Source: Candidatus Cloacimonadales bacterium (GTDB lineage: Bacteria > Cloacimonadota > Cloacimonadia > G963667145). Taken from it: a stretch of 64,000 bases of DNA. Made by a program: the position numbers and the translations under genes. The first letter of the stretch is position 1; each line of letters starts with the position of its first letter. The notes under the pieces were generated by a model that saw nothing but the letters and a program-made list of their open reading frames with translations, had not been told where the DNA came from and made no database searches. The DNA lies in contig OZ245797.1 of assembly GCA_965228195.1 (NCBI GenBank), forward strand, positions 646,540-710,539, given 5' to 3'. Of this stretch, positions 40,028 through 49,973 are shown one piece after another.

Positions 40028-41257
40028 CTACTCTGTCCAGTGGTCACTTGGCACAGGGTTTGCCCCTTCCCAAATAACCTGACGGAATAAAACAGGGTCT
40101 GTGTTTCCTTCGGTGTTGATCAAAAGAATTTGCGAGTTCTCATCTAAACCGATCTTCTGCCTCAAGTCAGACAGATGATCCTCTTTGAGCATGGTTATCA
40201 AAGCTCCCAAGGTAACGGCTCCAGACTCGCCAGAAACAACGAAGGGGTCACCCTTGAGTGGAGTGGCGTAAATTCTCATACCTTTGGCAGCTATGTAATC
40301 AGGACAAGAGATGAAGGCAGAGGTGCAATCTTTAAGCAGATTCCAGGCAAGAGGGCTAGGCTCTCCACAAGCAAGTCCTGCCATAATGGTAGAGAGCGAG
40401 CCGTCTATGGTGTGGGGTTTACCATCACCAACGGTAGCAGAATGGTAAAGACAGGCGGCGTTGTCTGGCTCAACAACCACACTAATTGGCGGATCGTCCG
40501 GAAAAAGGCTGTTATAAAAACCAACTACCGCACAGGCAAGAGCGCCCACGCCGGCTTGCACAAAGATGTGGGTTGGCTTGATGATGCCTTGTGCCGAAAA
40601 CTGCTCTTGAATTTCGCTCATCATGGTGGTGTAACCTTGCATAATCCAGGTAGGAACAGCCTCATAACCGTCCCACGAGGTGTCGGAGATAACCTCCCAG
40701 CCGTTCTTGGCAGCGTCGTTCCAGCACTTCTTTACCGCATCGTCGTAGTTGCCTTGTATCACCGTGACATTGGCACCGTAACCCTTGATGGCGTCGATTC
40801 TGCGTTGCGATGTTTCGGCGTGAACATAGATCTCACACTTGTGACCCAATTTTTGGGCAGCCCAGGCGATGCCACGACCGTGGTTGCCATCGGTAGCAGA
40901 GGCAAAGGTTACCGTGCCCAGCTTACTCTTTACCTCATCGGAGATAAGGTATTCGTAACTCATCTTGCTCTCTTCTACGCCAAGCTTCTCTTTTACATAT
41001 TGATAAATTGCAAAAGAGCCTCCTAGCACCTTGAAAGAGTTTAACTCTAGACGAACAGCTTCGTCTTTTGCCCAAATACCACCAACGCCAAACATTTGAG
41101 CCAAGTTTGCCAAACTGCGCAAGGGTGAGATGCTGTAGCCAGGAATTTGCTTGTGAAACTTGCGTGCCTCACGAGAAATTTCCACTGGAAACATCTTTTG
41201 GGGTAATTCGGTTTTGGATAGACTGTTTTCTACCCACAACAAAGATTTATTTTTCAT
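40028..41257 (-). CDS. dpaL: diaminopropionate ammonia-lyase
   Basis: ATDGNHGRGIAWAAQKLG, IPTWIMQGYTTM, IMAGLACGEPSPLAW and GESGAVTLGAL closely parallel E. coli YgeX/DpaL. Confidence 0.85.
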   Translation of the reverse strand: MKNKSLLWVENSLSKTELPQKMFPVEISREARKFHKQIPGYSISPLRSLANLAQMFGVGGIWAKDEAVRLELNSFKVLGGSFAIYQYVKEKLGVEESKMSYEYLISDEVKSKLGTVTFASATDGNHGRGIAWAAQKLGHKCEIYVHAETSQRRIDAIKGYGANVTVIQGNYDDAVKKCWNDAAKNGWEVISDTSWDGYEAVPTWIMQGYTTMMSEIQEQFSAQGIIKPTHIFVQAGVGALACAVVGFYNSLFPDDPPISVVVEPDNAACLYHSATVGDGKPHTIDGSLSTIMAGLACGEPSPLAWNLLKDCTSAFISCPDYIAAKGMRIYATPLKGDPFVVSGESGAVTLGALITMLKEDHLSDLRQKIGLDENSQILLINTEGNTDPVLFRQVIWEGANPVPSDHWTE

Positions 41258-41287
41258 AAAATCCTCCTTTTAGGATCTATAAATTAG

Positions 41288-42928
41288 TTACATTTTTTCG
41301 GGAGCGGTAATTCCCATCAAAGACAAAGCTTTGCCTAAAGTCATTTTTACGCAAGAAGACAAAAACAGACGCGCGATAGTCAGCTCAGGGTTGTCTTGGT
41401 TAATCATCTTGCTACTACCATAATATTTGTGATAAAGCCCTGCCAAATCGTGAGTGTAGTTGGTCAACTTGTTAGGCTCACGGCTGGACGCCACGGTAGC
41501 CAAAGTCTCAGGGAACTGCAATATTTTTTTTAGCAAAGATATCTCTTGCTTATTCTTCAATAGCTCTAAATATTTGGGCTTAAACTTCTTCAGAGTCAGC
41601 TTCTCTTTTTTAGCTTTCTTGATAAGACTGGCAATGCGGGCGTGAGCGTATTGGCAATAGTAAACCGGGTTTTCACTCGTCTTTTTTTGTGCTAGCTCCA
41701 GATCGAAATTGAGGTGAGAAGATGTTTTGCGAGCCAAGAAGAAGAAGCGAGCGGCATCGGTGCCGACTTTCTTGATCAGATCGTCCATCTTGATTATCTT
41801 GCCCTCCCTTTTGCTCATCTTCACCTGCTCTTCACCCTCGTAAAGGTTGACTTGCTGCAAGATAACGAACTCCAACTTCTCCGAAGGGTAACCGATGGCT
41901 TTGATGGCTGCCCACATCCTTTTGAGGTAGCCGTGATGGTCAGGGCCCAAAACATCGATCAAAACATCATAACCTCTTTGGTATTTGTTGATGTGGTAAC
42001 CAATATCCGGCACAAAGTAGGTGGTGTTCCCGTCAGACTTCATCAAGATGCGGTCTTTCTCATCGCCAAAAAGCGAAGATTTGAACCAGACAGCCTCGTC
42101 CCTCTCGTAGGTGTAGCCAGCCTCAGAAAGGTAGCTCAGAGCCTCTTCCACCATATTGTCGTCCCGCAAAGATTTTTCCGAAACCCAATTGTCGAACTCC
42201 ACGCGGAAAGCCTCCAGTGAGTTTTTTTGCGACTTGAGCATCTCGTAAAGGGCAAACTTCTTGATTCTGCGGTCACGATCTTCGTTAGAGAAAGAGAGCA
42301 ACTTGGATCCATCGATCTCGTAGATCTTCTTGGCAATATCTTTGACATAACTTCCGTGATACGCCTCCATAGGGAACTCTTGGGTTGCCCCGCTGATAAG
42401 CTCTTTGTAGCGGATCTCGATAGACTCTGATAAGATGTCGATCTGGTTGCCGTAGTCGTTGATGTAAAACTCTTTGGTCGCTTTGTAACCGACGAAGTTC
42501 ATCACCGCACAAAGCGTGTCACCGTAGCTGGCAGCCCTGGCACTGACGATGTTCAGTGGGCCAGTGGGGTTGGCACTGACGAACTCCACCAAAACTTTTT
42601 GCCCTTTACCGTAATCGAAACCGGCAAACTCGCTCTCACTGACGCTCAAAAGGGCGTCGTAGTAGATCTTGGCGTCCAAGACGAAGTTGATAAATCCGCC
42701 CTTGGCAACCTCTACTTTCTTATAGTATTTACTTTTTGAAAGTTGCTCGACGATCTTCTGGGCTAGCTCGTCGATCTTCATCTGCACAGATTTGGCATGC
42801 ACCATCGCCACATTCGAGCTGTAATCGCCAAATTTAGGGTCGGCGTCTAACACCAACACCTTCTTCGGCTCGATCTTCAGCTCTTGCAAACAAGATTGCA
42901 AATCTTGAGCAATAATCTCTTTAATCAT
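41288..42928 (-). CDS. argS: arginine--tRNA ligase
   Basis: 546 aa. SANPTGPL... and KMSKREG are present. The HIGH position reads NIVS (see findings). Confidence 0.85.
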   Translation of the reverse strand: MIKEIIAQDLQSCLQELKIEPKKVLVLDADPKFGDYSSNVAMVHAKSVQMKIDELAQKIVEQLSKSKYYKKVEVAKGGFINFVLDAKIYYDALLSVSESEFAGFDYGKGQKVLVEFVSANPTGPLNIVSARAASYGDTLCAVMNFVGYKATKEFYINDYGNQIDILSESIEIRYKELISGATQEFPMEAYHGSYVKDIAKKIYEIDGSKLLSFSNEDRDRRIKKFALYEMLKSQKNSLEAFRVEFDNWVSEKSLRDDNMVEEALSYLSEAGYTYERDEAVWFKSSLFGDEKDRILMKSDGNTTYFVPDIGYHINKYQRGYDVLIDVLGPDHHGYLKRMWAAIKAIGYPSEKLEFVILQQVNLYEGEEQVKMSKREGKIIKMDDLIKKVGTDAARFFFLARKTSSHLNFDLELAQKKTSENPVYYCQYAHARIASLIKKAKKEKLTLKKFKPKYLELLKNKQEISLLKKILQFPETLATVASSREPNKLTNYTHDLAGLYHKYYGSSKMINQDNPELTIARLFLSSCVKMTLGKALSLMGITAPEKM

Positions 42929-43232
42929 TGATACCGCTCCAAAAATTTTCTAAGTCGTAATACTTCCTGGTCTCTTCCAAGAAAATATGGACAATCACCT
43001 GGGAATAATCCAAAAGAACCCACTTTGAGCCAAGACCCTCTTTGTTAAAAAGATGGATCCCCTCTTGAGCAGATTTATCCATCAGATACTCACCTATCGC
43101 CTTGGCGTGATTTTCGTTTTTCGCAGTGCACACCACCACCTGATCTGCGTAAGAGATTTTGCCACTCAGGTCGTATTGCTTGATCTCCAAAGCTTTCATC
43201 TCTTCTAGCCACTGCACCAACTTCTCAATCAT
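42921..43232 (-). CDS. rsfS: ribosome silencing factor RsfS (Iojap)
   Basis: 103 aa. DQVVVCTAKNENHAKAIGEYL...WVLLDYSQVIVHIF follows the RsfS pattern. Confidence 0.85.
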   Translation of the reverse strand: MIEKLVQWLEEMKALEIKQYDLSGKISYADQVVVCTAKNENHAKAIGEYLMDKSAQEGIHLFNKEGLGSKWVLLDYSQVIVHIFLEETRKYYDLENFWSGIND

Positions 43233-43632
43233 CCTTAATCCTTTTTATCACTTTTTTGTAATCGTTACCCAAATAGACAACAAACTTCACACTTCTGGTG
43301 GTATCGGCTATCACTTCCACATCGTCTATTTTGAGCAAAGATTTCACAATGTTAATCTCGACCTTGTCTTGGGTCCTGCTGACGATAATCGTCTTGTTGT
43401 AGTTAAAGTTAGGGGCGTTTTTGATAGACTTTACAAAAAGTTTACCACCGGCGACAACCTCTTTGAACTGAATAGCAGCGTCCACCTGACCACAACCGTT
43501 GACAATCTCTAGCTCTATGGCTTGACCTCCCACAGAAGAGGGACGGCAACCAGCAAAAAGAAAAAATCCCGCTACCGCTAACAGACCAAACGACAAGTTT
43601 CTCACCATTTCAAATTCCCAAATTTTAACCAT
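43225..43632 (-). CDS. lipoprotein with LytR_C-like domain (hypothetical)
   Basis: Lipobox LFAGC present. IELEIVNGCGQVDAAIQ resembles the LytR_C domain. Confidence 0.45.
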   Translation of the reverse strand: MVKIWEFEMVRNLSFGLLAVAGFFLFAGCRPSSVGGQAIELEIVNGCGQVDAAIQFKEVVAGGKLFVKSIKNAPNFNYNKTIIVSRTQDKVEINIVKSLLKIDDVEVIADTTRSVKFVVYLGNDYKKVIKRIKDD

Positions 43633-43719
43633 TTAGAGCAACAAAATTATCGACGCTCATCAAAGCAAGCTATTTTTGAATTTTTGAAAGAAAGTTTTCT
43701 TCACACCCACAAAACCTTT

Positions 43720-44427
43720 TTAAGCCTTGATTGGTTCACTGTTTGCAGAAGACAAAAATTTGCTCTCCACCTTCTCTTGCACCAAAAAGATGACCTGTTT
43801 ACTACTGAGTTGCTCGGGGAAAACAGGAGAGTGGATTATCACCTTGATTTTGTTGTCAGGGGCAAAAGGGTTTGCCGTGCCGATACAGGTGATAGGCACG
43901 ATCGGCACTCCTGCAAGCAGAGCCATCTTGACACTACCGGGCTTAAACCGCTTGATTTTGCCGTCTTTGCTGCGGGTGCCTTCGGGAAACACCAACAAGT
44001 TGTAGCCAAGCAAAAGTTTCTTGACCCCCTTTTGGACGGCTAACGCTGATTTTCTACCGTTGGCACGATCCAGACAAACACAGCCCAGAAGCCTCATCCA
44101 CATCGCCAACATCGGCACTTTGAACAGCTCCTTCTTGGCGATGAAACCGATTTTTTGGGGGATAGCACAGATAATCACGGGAATATCCAAAACATTTTGG
44201 TGGTTTGCCACCGCCAAGAAGCTACCCTCAGGCAAGTTCTCTTTGCCCTCTATCTGGTATTTGCTCCCCGTAAAAAATATTGCCGAGCGGGAGTAAACAT
44301 AGGCGAAGGCTCTGGCTAGAGCATCACGACTGCTTCTGAAGGGGAAAAGCAAGAAATACAAAACAAACGGCACCACCGAGGTGCAAAGCAAGATGATCCA
44401 AAAACATCCATAAACAAATTTTTTCAT
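43720..44427 (-). CDS. plsC: 1-acyl-sn-glycerol-3-phosphate acyltransferase
   Basis: ANHQNVLD (HxxxxD) and FPEGTRS are the acyltransferase motifs. Confidence 0.85.
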   Translation of the reverse strand: MKKFVYGCFWIILLCTSVVPFVLYFLLFPFRSSRDALARAFAYVYSRSAIFFTGSKYQIEGKENLPEGSFLAVANHQNVLDIPVIICAIPQKIGFIAKKELFKVPMLAMWMRLLGCVCLDRANGRKSALAVQKGVKKLLLGYNLLVFPEGTRSKDGKIKRFKPGSVKMALLAGVPIVPITCIGTANPFAPDNKIKVIIHSPVFPEQLSSKQVIFLVQEKVESKFLSSANSEPIKA

Positions 44428-44441
44428 AACTTTTTTCCTGT

Positions 44442-46364
44442 CTAATTTTTGTCCAATTTGGCAATAACCTTCTCCAGCTGCGCCTTGACTTGGCTGGTTT
44501 GTTTATTAGCGATACCCAAAGATTTTATGCAACTTTGGTAAACTTGGGAGTAGTAATGTTTAGCTTTGGAAAGATTTCCGTTTTGCTCCCACAAAAAACC
44601 CAGATGACGATATTCATCTATAAGCTTAGCGTCTTTATTAAAAGAGTTTTTGCTCAGATAGGTGAGCACCTTGTTGAAGTAAAATATCGCTTTCTCATAA
44701 GCTTTCAACTGCTGATAAACTTTGCTTAGCCTGCGATAAACTTTCTCGGTGAGGGAGTTGACCGAGCCGAAGTTTTGCGATGCCAACTGCAAACTTTTCT
44801 CGTAAGCTTTCACCGACTCGCGGGTATTTTTCTCCATAAGCAGCACATCTCCATACAAGATATACAGAGTCACCAGCTCAGGATAGGCGGGCAAACCCAG
44901 ATGACGATAGGTATTAAGAGCAGCAAAAATATACCTCTTCGTCTTTCGTTTTCTTTTCAGGGCGAAGTAGCACTTTGCCAAAGATTTTTGGGCGGTGAAC
45001 ACCTTGAAGCTGTATCTGCCAAACTCGACGGTGTATTTTTTGATCGCCCTTTTGAAAAACTTGATCGCCGTTTTGTGGTTGCCCAGATGCTTGGCAACTC
45101 TAGCGTAAGCAAAGGTGGAGTTGAACTTGTCGTTATCTTTGCTGATCACCCCATTTTTGCAAGCGCTGGCAGAGTTACCCAACTGCTCACGCAGTGAGCC
45201 TCCCAGCTTACCCTTGTCAAGGCAACGAGAGTAGTCGCTATACACCACGCTAGAGATGATGTGCAAACTGCCGATGCTGCCGTTTAGCTGCTCTACTGCC
45301 CTGCCATACTCGTCCCCAGCCAGATCGAACTTACCCTCCAGCTCACAGATTCTGCCTTTGAGGTTTTGCATCCAAGCTTTACGAAAGGATTTGCCTCTGA
45401 CCCAAGAACACAAAAGCTTCTCAGCCCTTTCGATATACTCGCTGGCTTTGCCGATCTTACCCGTTTTGAGCCAAGCGTCACTCCCCGAGCAAAGCATATC
45501 CAGATCCAAGAGCAAGCTACGATTGTCGCTAGCCATTCTGGAGTTGAAAACCAAACCCTTGCTGTAGTAAGCTTTCGACTGGTCGTATTGCCCCCAACAG
45601 TAAAGGGCGTCTGCCATCCACCGCAAACTGGTTGCGTAGCGGAAGTTGTCCCATTCGTATTTGCCTTGCCTGAAGCCGAAGTTTTCGGCTCGGTTTTTGC
45701 AGATTAAGGCTTTGCGCAAATCGCCCAACTTGTCGTAGATAAGCATCAGATACAGGTAAGTCATCGCCAGCTCGGTGGTGTTGGAGACCGTTTTTTGCTC
45801 CCTTAAGCACTTCTCGGCTTCGTTTTTCGCCTTCTTGTATTGGTTCAACCTCAAGTAAGAGAAGATGATCTCGTTGCGATACTTAAGAGTCTGAGGGTCT
45901 AAGCCGACGGCTTTTTTGAATTTGGCAATAGCCAAATCGAAGTCGTATTTGCCCAAGAAGTAAACGCCTTGGACGAAGCTCAAGAAAGCTTTCTTGCGGC
46001 TGTCTGCCCCGATGGTTTGCATAGCCGAGATGAAGCTACTGCGATCGTCAGCCTTTAGTGCCGAGAAAACATCGTGAGTAGGATCAACAACGCTATCCAG
46101 CATCGAGCTGACATAGATGTTAAAATTGTCCACTTCCCTCAGGCGTAAGTTTAGCTCTGCCAGTGAGTAAACCCCCTGGAAAAGATAAAACTTCGCCTCC
46201 GGAGACAGGGAGCTGATCACAGATTTGTAACGGTTGGAAAGACTACTTTTGCTCTTCACCACAGAAGAGACGCTCTCGGGGTTGCGAGCCAAGTTGTATC
46301 TCATCCCCTCAAAAAGGATGAACCTTCTATCGGCGATGCTCTTAGCTCTTATCTTTCTAGACAA
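44442..46364 (-). CDS. tetratricopeptide-repeat protein (hypothetical)
   Basis: 640 aa with many TPR-like A-x-x-Y/L-x-x-A-x-x-x-x-G-x-Y repeats. Confidence 0.65.
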   Translation of the reverse strand: MSRKIRAKSIADRRFILFEGMRYNLARNPESVSSVVKSKSSLSNRYKSVISSLSPEAKFYLFQGVYSLAELNLRLREVDNFNIYVSSMLDSVVDPTHDVFSALKADDRSSFISAMQTIGADSRKKAFLSFVQGVYFLGKYDFDLAIAKFKKAVGLDPQTLKYRNEIIFSYLRLNQYKKAKNEAEKCLREQKTVSNTTELAMTYLYLMLIYDKLGDLRKALICKNRAENFGFRQGKYEWDNFRYATSLRWMADALYCWGQYDQSKAYYSKGLVFNSRMASDNRSLLLDLDMLCSGSDAWLKTGKIGKASEYIERAEKLLCSWVRGKSFRKAWMQNLKGRICELEGKFDLAGDEYGRAVEQLNGSIGSLHIISSVVYSDYSRCLDKGKLGGSLREQLGNSASACKNGVISKDNDKFNSTFAYARVAKHLGNHKTAIKFFKRAIKKYTVEFGRYSFKVFTAQKSLAKCYFALKRKRKTKRYIFAALNTYRHLGLPAYPELVTLYILYGDVLLMEKNTRESVKAYEKSLQLASQNFGSVNSLTEKVYRRLSKVYQQLKAYEKAIFYFNKVLTYLSKNSFNKDAKLIDEYRHLGFLWEQNGNLSKAKHYYSQVYQSCIKSLGIANKQTSQVKAQLEKVIAKLDKN

Positions 46365-47415
46365 TTGAACCTTCCCTTTGCTTTATCAGCTTTATTAACT
46401 CATCCAAAAGCTCGGCTTCTGGCACCTTCTTTATGATCTTACCTTTGGCAAAAAGCAAGCCCTCTTTGGTGCCGCCTGCCAAACCGAAATCTGCCTCTTT
46501 TGCCTCTTGGGGTCCGTTGACCACACAACCCATCACCGCTACTTTTAAATCCACATCTTGGTAAGGGAGCAAAGCTTGCTTGACTCTTTTAGCCAAGCCG
46601 ATCAGGTCGATTTTGGTCCTGCCACAAGTGGGACAAGAGATTATCTGCAGCCCTTTGCGAAGCCCTAAACCTTTGAGGATCTCTTTGGCAGCAACCACCT
46701 CTTGCACAGGCGATGCGGTCAAAGAGACGCGGATAGTATCACCAATACCGTCTAGTAACAAAGCACCGATGCCCATGCTAGATTTTATCAGACCCGCATA
46801 GTCGTCCCCCGCTTCGGTCACCCCTAGGTGCAGTGGGTAATCGACCTTTTGGGCAAGCTTCCGATAACTTTCCACCATCAAAGGGACGCTGGAAGCTTTC
46901 ACCGAAATCTTGATCTGCTCAAAGCCACACCGCTCTAAGATTACCACATGCTCCAAGGCACTCTCCACCAACGCTTTGGCTGACACACCGTGTTTGCTCA
47001 GCCACTTCTTGTCCAAAGAGCCGGCGTTGACGCCGATCCGAATGGGAACTCCAGCACCCTTGGCAGCGGCGACCACCTCTTGCACCTTCTGGTTACTACC
47101 GATGTTGCCGGGGTTAATCCTGAGTCCCTGCACGCCAGCCTGAATAGATTGCAGTGCCAACCGATAGTCGAAATGGATGTCTGCCACCACCGGGATAGAC
47201 ACCTGAGGCAAGATCTTGCTCAGAGCTTCCCCTGCCATTTCGTCGGGAACAGCCAGACGAGCCACTTGGCAACCTTCTTGCTCTAGCTGCTTGATTTGGG
47301 CTAGAGTAGAGACAACATCGGCTGTGTCGGTGGTGCACATCGACTGGATACTCACAGGAGCTTTGCCACCTATCAAAAGGTTGCCCAGCTGGATCTGCTT
47401 ACTTTTTCTTCGCAC
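46357..47415 (-). CDS. ispG: 4-hydroxy-3-methylbut-2-enyl-diphosphate synthase
   Basis: VSIQSM, RINPGNIG and SCPTCGRT are IspG motifs. Confidence 0.9.
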   Translation of the reverse strand: MRRKSKQIQLGNLLIGGKAPVSIQSMCTTDTADVVSTLAQIKQLEQEGCQVARLAVPDEMAGEALSKILPQVSIPVVADIHFDYRLALQSIQAGVQGLRINPGNIGSNQKVQEVVAAAKGAGVPIRIGVNAGSLDKKWLSKHGVSAKALVESALEHVVILERCGFEQIKISVKASSVPLMVESYRKLAQKVDYPLHLGVTEAGDDYAGLIKSSMGIGALLLDGIGDTIRVSLTASPVQEVVAAKEILKGLGLRKGLQIISCPTCGRTKIDLIGLAKRVKQALLPYQDVDLKVAVMGCVVNGPQEAKEADFGLAGGTKEGLLFAKGKIIKKVPEAELLDELIKLIKQREGSIV

Positions 47416-47510
47416 TTCTTCCCCTTGTCTTACACAAAAAAAGCTCTACTTTAGATTTGCAAAAAGCAAATACAGAAGTAAAGCTGTCTATTTTTTAAAA
47501 AACTAACTTT

Positions 47511-48293
47511 TTATTTTTTCTTGGCTCTCTCGAAGCTTTTTTTGATTTTGGCATTACCGCTCACACCCCAAGAGTCAACCTCGGCGTTTATTTGCTCGTT
47601 CTTTTCAAAAACCGATTTGCTCAGCACCTCGACGATGTGACCATCTTTGGTTTTACTCAACTCACAGAAAATCTTGGTAAAAATCTCTGCATCTAGCTTG
47701 GCTATCTTCTTGAACAGATCGACGAAAAATTTGTCGGTAACCTCACCGCCTTCACTGATAAGCCCAGAGAGTTGCGCAAAACAAGTTTCGATCAGCTCCG
47801 GATTTTTCTTGAAGCCACTGCCCAAAACGGTGAGCAAGCTTTTGTTTATCTCTTCTTGCTCTTTTTGTGCCAACATCACAATCGTGTCTATGCCTTTAGC
47901 CACATCTTTTTTCAAGGCAGGAGCGACGATCTTCTTGATCATCAAACTCAAAATCTCGCCATGAGCTTTCTCTAGGTAAGGCACCACCGTCTGCTGATAA
48001 AAATCACCATTTTTTTTGACCACCTCGGCAAAAACGATGACCAAGATAGCTTTGCCCTCTTTACCCAATTTGCTCCAAAGATAGTCAAAAAAGTCAGGAA
48101 CAAGCAAATCTCCAGCTTTAGCCACTCGCTTACCGATATACTCCAGCACCTCTAGCGGCACCATTCCCTCGTCCCTGATTGGATAAATTCTATAAATCAC
48201 CCCTACATCATAATCTGCCTGAGGCAACCTCTGATCGATGAAGAACTTTACATCCTTATCAAATCTACCTTTCCAATCAATATTTATCATCAA
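47511..48293 (-). CDS. hypothetical protein (possibly HEAT-like)
   Basis: 260 aa, predicted helical. No confident family assignment. Confidence 0.45.
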   Translation of the reverse strand: MMINIDWKGRFDKDVKFFIDQRLPQADYDVGVIYRIYPIRDEGMVPLEVLEYIGKRVAKAGDLLVPDFFDYLWSKLGKEGKAILVIVFAEVVKKNGDFYQQTVVPYLEKAHGEILSLMIKKIVAPALKKDVAKGIDTIVMLAQKEQEEINKSLLTVLGSGFKKNPELIETCFAQLSGLISEGGEVTDKFFVDLFKKIAKLDAEIFTKIFCELSKTKDGHIVEVLSKSVFEKNEQINAEVDSWGVSGNAKIKKSFERAKKK

Positions 48294-48296
48294 TAC

Positions 48297-48494
48297 CTAC
48301 TTCAAAAGATCTTTTTCGTTACACTTGCAGACAGACTCAATCACATAACTAGGTGACCATCCACCCTTAGCAGAAATCTTCGCTCTGATCATCTTTACTT
48401 GCTTAATCTCGCTATTGCACACAGGACAAATCACTTTGCCAGCACCTTTAGATTCGTGAGCAAGTTTTGCGCCTGAACTTCTTCCTCCAGCCAT
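48297..48494 (-). CDS. small zinc-ribbon protein (hypothetical)
   Basis: 65 aa with CPVC...CKC. Confidence 0.35.
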   Translation of the reverse strand: MAGGRSSGAKLAHESKGAGKVICPVCNSEIKQVKMIRAKISAKGGWSPSYVIESVCKCNEKDLLK

Positions 48495-48516
48495 AATTTA
48501 TCTCCTTATTTTAATT

Positions 48517-49365
48517 TTAATTGTTATCTAAAAATTGCAACATCCTCTGACGAGAAGAAGACACCGCATCTACTTTGTTATAAACTGCCAAAACCTCTGC
48601 GGCGATAGACACTGCTATCTGCGCCGTGGTCGTCTTGGCAACATTCAGCCCAATGGGGCTATAAAATTTTTGCAAGAAAGGGTCGCCTTTCTTAATCTGC
48701 AGCTTCTCCAAGAAGCCTGCAACTTTGCGGGCTGAGCCGATCAAACCAAAATAGCGCCCACTGAAACCTTGCTCATAGATTTTGCCCAAAATCTCGTAAT
48801 CGAAAGAGTGACCGTGGGTAAACACGGCTACGGCGTCTTCGGCTTGCGGAGTCCAACTGTCCAAAAACTGCAAATAATCTTGGCAAACAACCTGACCCAC
48901 CTCAGGAAATCTGTCTTTGGTGGCAAAATCAGGGCGATTGTCAACTGCCACCAACCTGAAGCCAAGCGTGTTCAAGATAGGAGAGAGCGACTGGCACAGA
49001 TGCCCGCAACCAAACATATAAAAAGTTCGCACCGCAGGGAAATGTTCAAAGAAAACCTTTACCTTGCCTCCACAGCCCATATTCATCTGCTCTTCGGTAA
49101 GCTCAAAATCTGCCAAACAGTTCTCTTGGGAGAGCAAAGTTCTGGCACAGATTTTTAGGGAGTCGAACTCCAAACCTCCACCACCCAAAGTCCCCTTGGT
49201 TGTGCCGTCTGGATAGTAAATCAACTTGAAACCAGCGCGTCCTGGAGAGCCGCTGGCACCTTCTACAATCGTTGCCAACACAAACTCCCTGCCTTGGGAT
49301 TTTGCCTTGCTAGCCTCTTGTAAAATATCGATTTGATTCACTTTTTCACACCTTTTTTTCACCAA
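48517..49365 (-). CDS. XdhC/CoxI-family molybdenum-hydroxylase accessory protein
   Basis: An N-terminal XdhC_CoxI-like region and a C-terminal Rossmann region (MFGCGHL...) are present. Confidence 0.7.
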   Translation of the reverse strand: MVKKRCEKVNQIDILQEASKAKSQGREFVLATIVEGASGSPGRAGFKLIYYPDGTTKGTLGGGGLEFDSLKICARTLLSQENCLADFELTEEQMNMGCGGKVKVFFEHFPAVRTFYMFGCGHLCQSLSPILNTLGFRLVAVDNRPDFATKDRFPEVGQVVCQDYLQFLDSWTPQAEDAVAVFTHGHSFDYEILGKIYEQGFSGRYFGLIGSARKVAGFLEKLQIKKGDPFLQKFYSPIGLNVAKTTTAQIAVSIAAEVLAVYNKVDAVSSSRQRMLQFLDNN

Positions 49366-49450
49366 TTTTCTTCAAAAAAAAAGGCGTTGGCGTTCTGTCA
49401 ATCGGAAATCGGTTTTTTCGTGTTTTTCAGGGGCTTTTGAACTCTCTTTG

Positions 49451-49969
49451 CTAATAATAGCTTCTATTTTCAGTTAAAACATCCAAATCTGTATTTTTAA
49501 AATCTTTGTCGTTTGTCCACAACACAAAAGATTTCTCTCGACACAGTTGGAAGATTCCTTTATCGTTAAAATCCAGCTCATCCACTATCAAACAATCTTC
49601 TACACTTTGTTTATCAAATATTTTTCCTGTCATCTTGAAAATATCCAAAATCTCAGCCTTTACAACCGTATAAACACTTTTCAAAAAAGTTTGACCTTTT
49701 GAGCTACTCCGAAACTTCTTATAACTATCTTTGTTTTTCAATCTCTCTTTCTCAATCCTTGTGACGGTGTTTACAAACTCCGAGAGAACTAAGAAACTAA
49801 CAAACAGCTGGTTACCTTGATGCAAAAGCTTCTTGAATGTAGCGGCATAAGCGTTTTCCCAATACACCGACCCTGTTGGCCAAAACAGATAGATAAGAAC
49901 ATTAGCATCAACAAATATTGGTCTATTTTTTAATTTTTCGATTGTTTTAGAAGAGAACTTAACACTCAT
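49451..49969 (-). CDS. PIN-domain nuclease (VapC-like)
   Basis: IFVDANVLIY (Asp), VLSEFVN (Glu) and LWTNDKDF (Asp) are the three PIN acidic motifs. The region is AT-rich. Confidence 0.75.
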   Translation of the reverse strand: MSVKFSSKTIEKLKNRPIFVDANVLIYLFWPTGSVYWENAYAATFKKLLHQGNQLFVSFLVLSEFVNTVTRIEKERLKNKDSYKKFRSSSKGQTFLKSVYTVVKAEILDIFKMTGKIFDKQSVEDCLIVDELDFNDKGIFQLCREKSFVLWTNDKDFKNTDLDVLTENRSYY

Positions 49970-49973
49970 AAAC

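Noticed and set aside
40175-41026. 283-aa + strand ORF
   Set aside because: It is antisense to dpaL, which has very strong homology on the minus strand.
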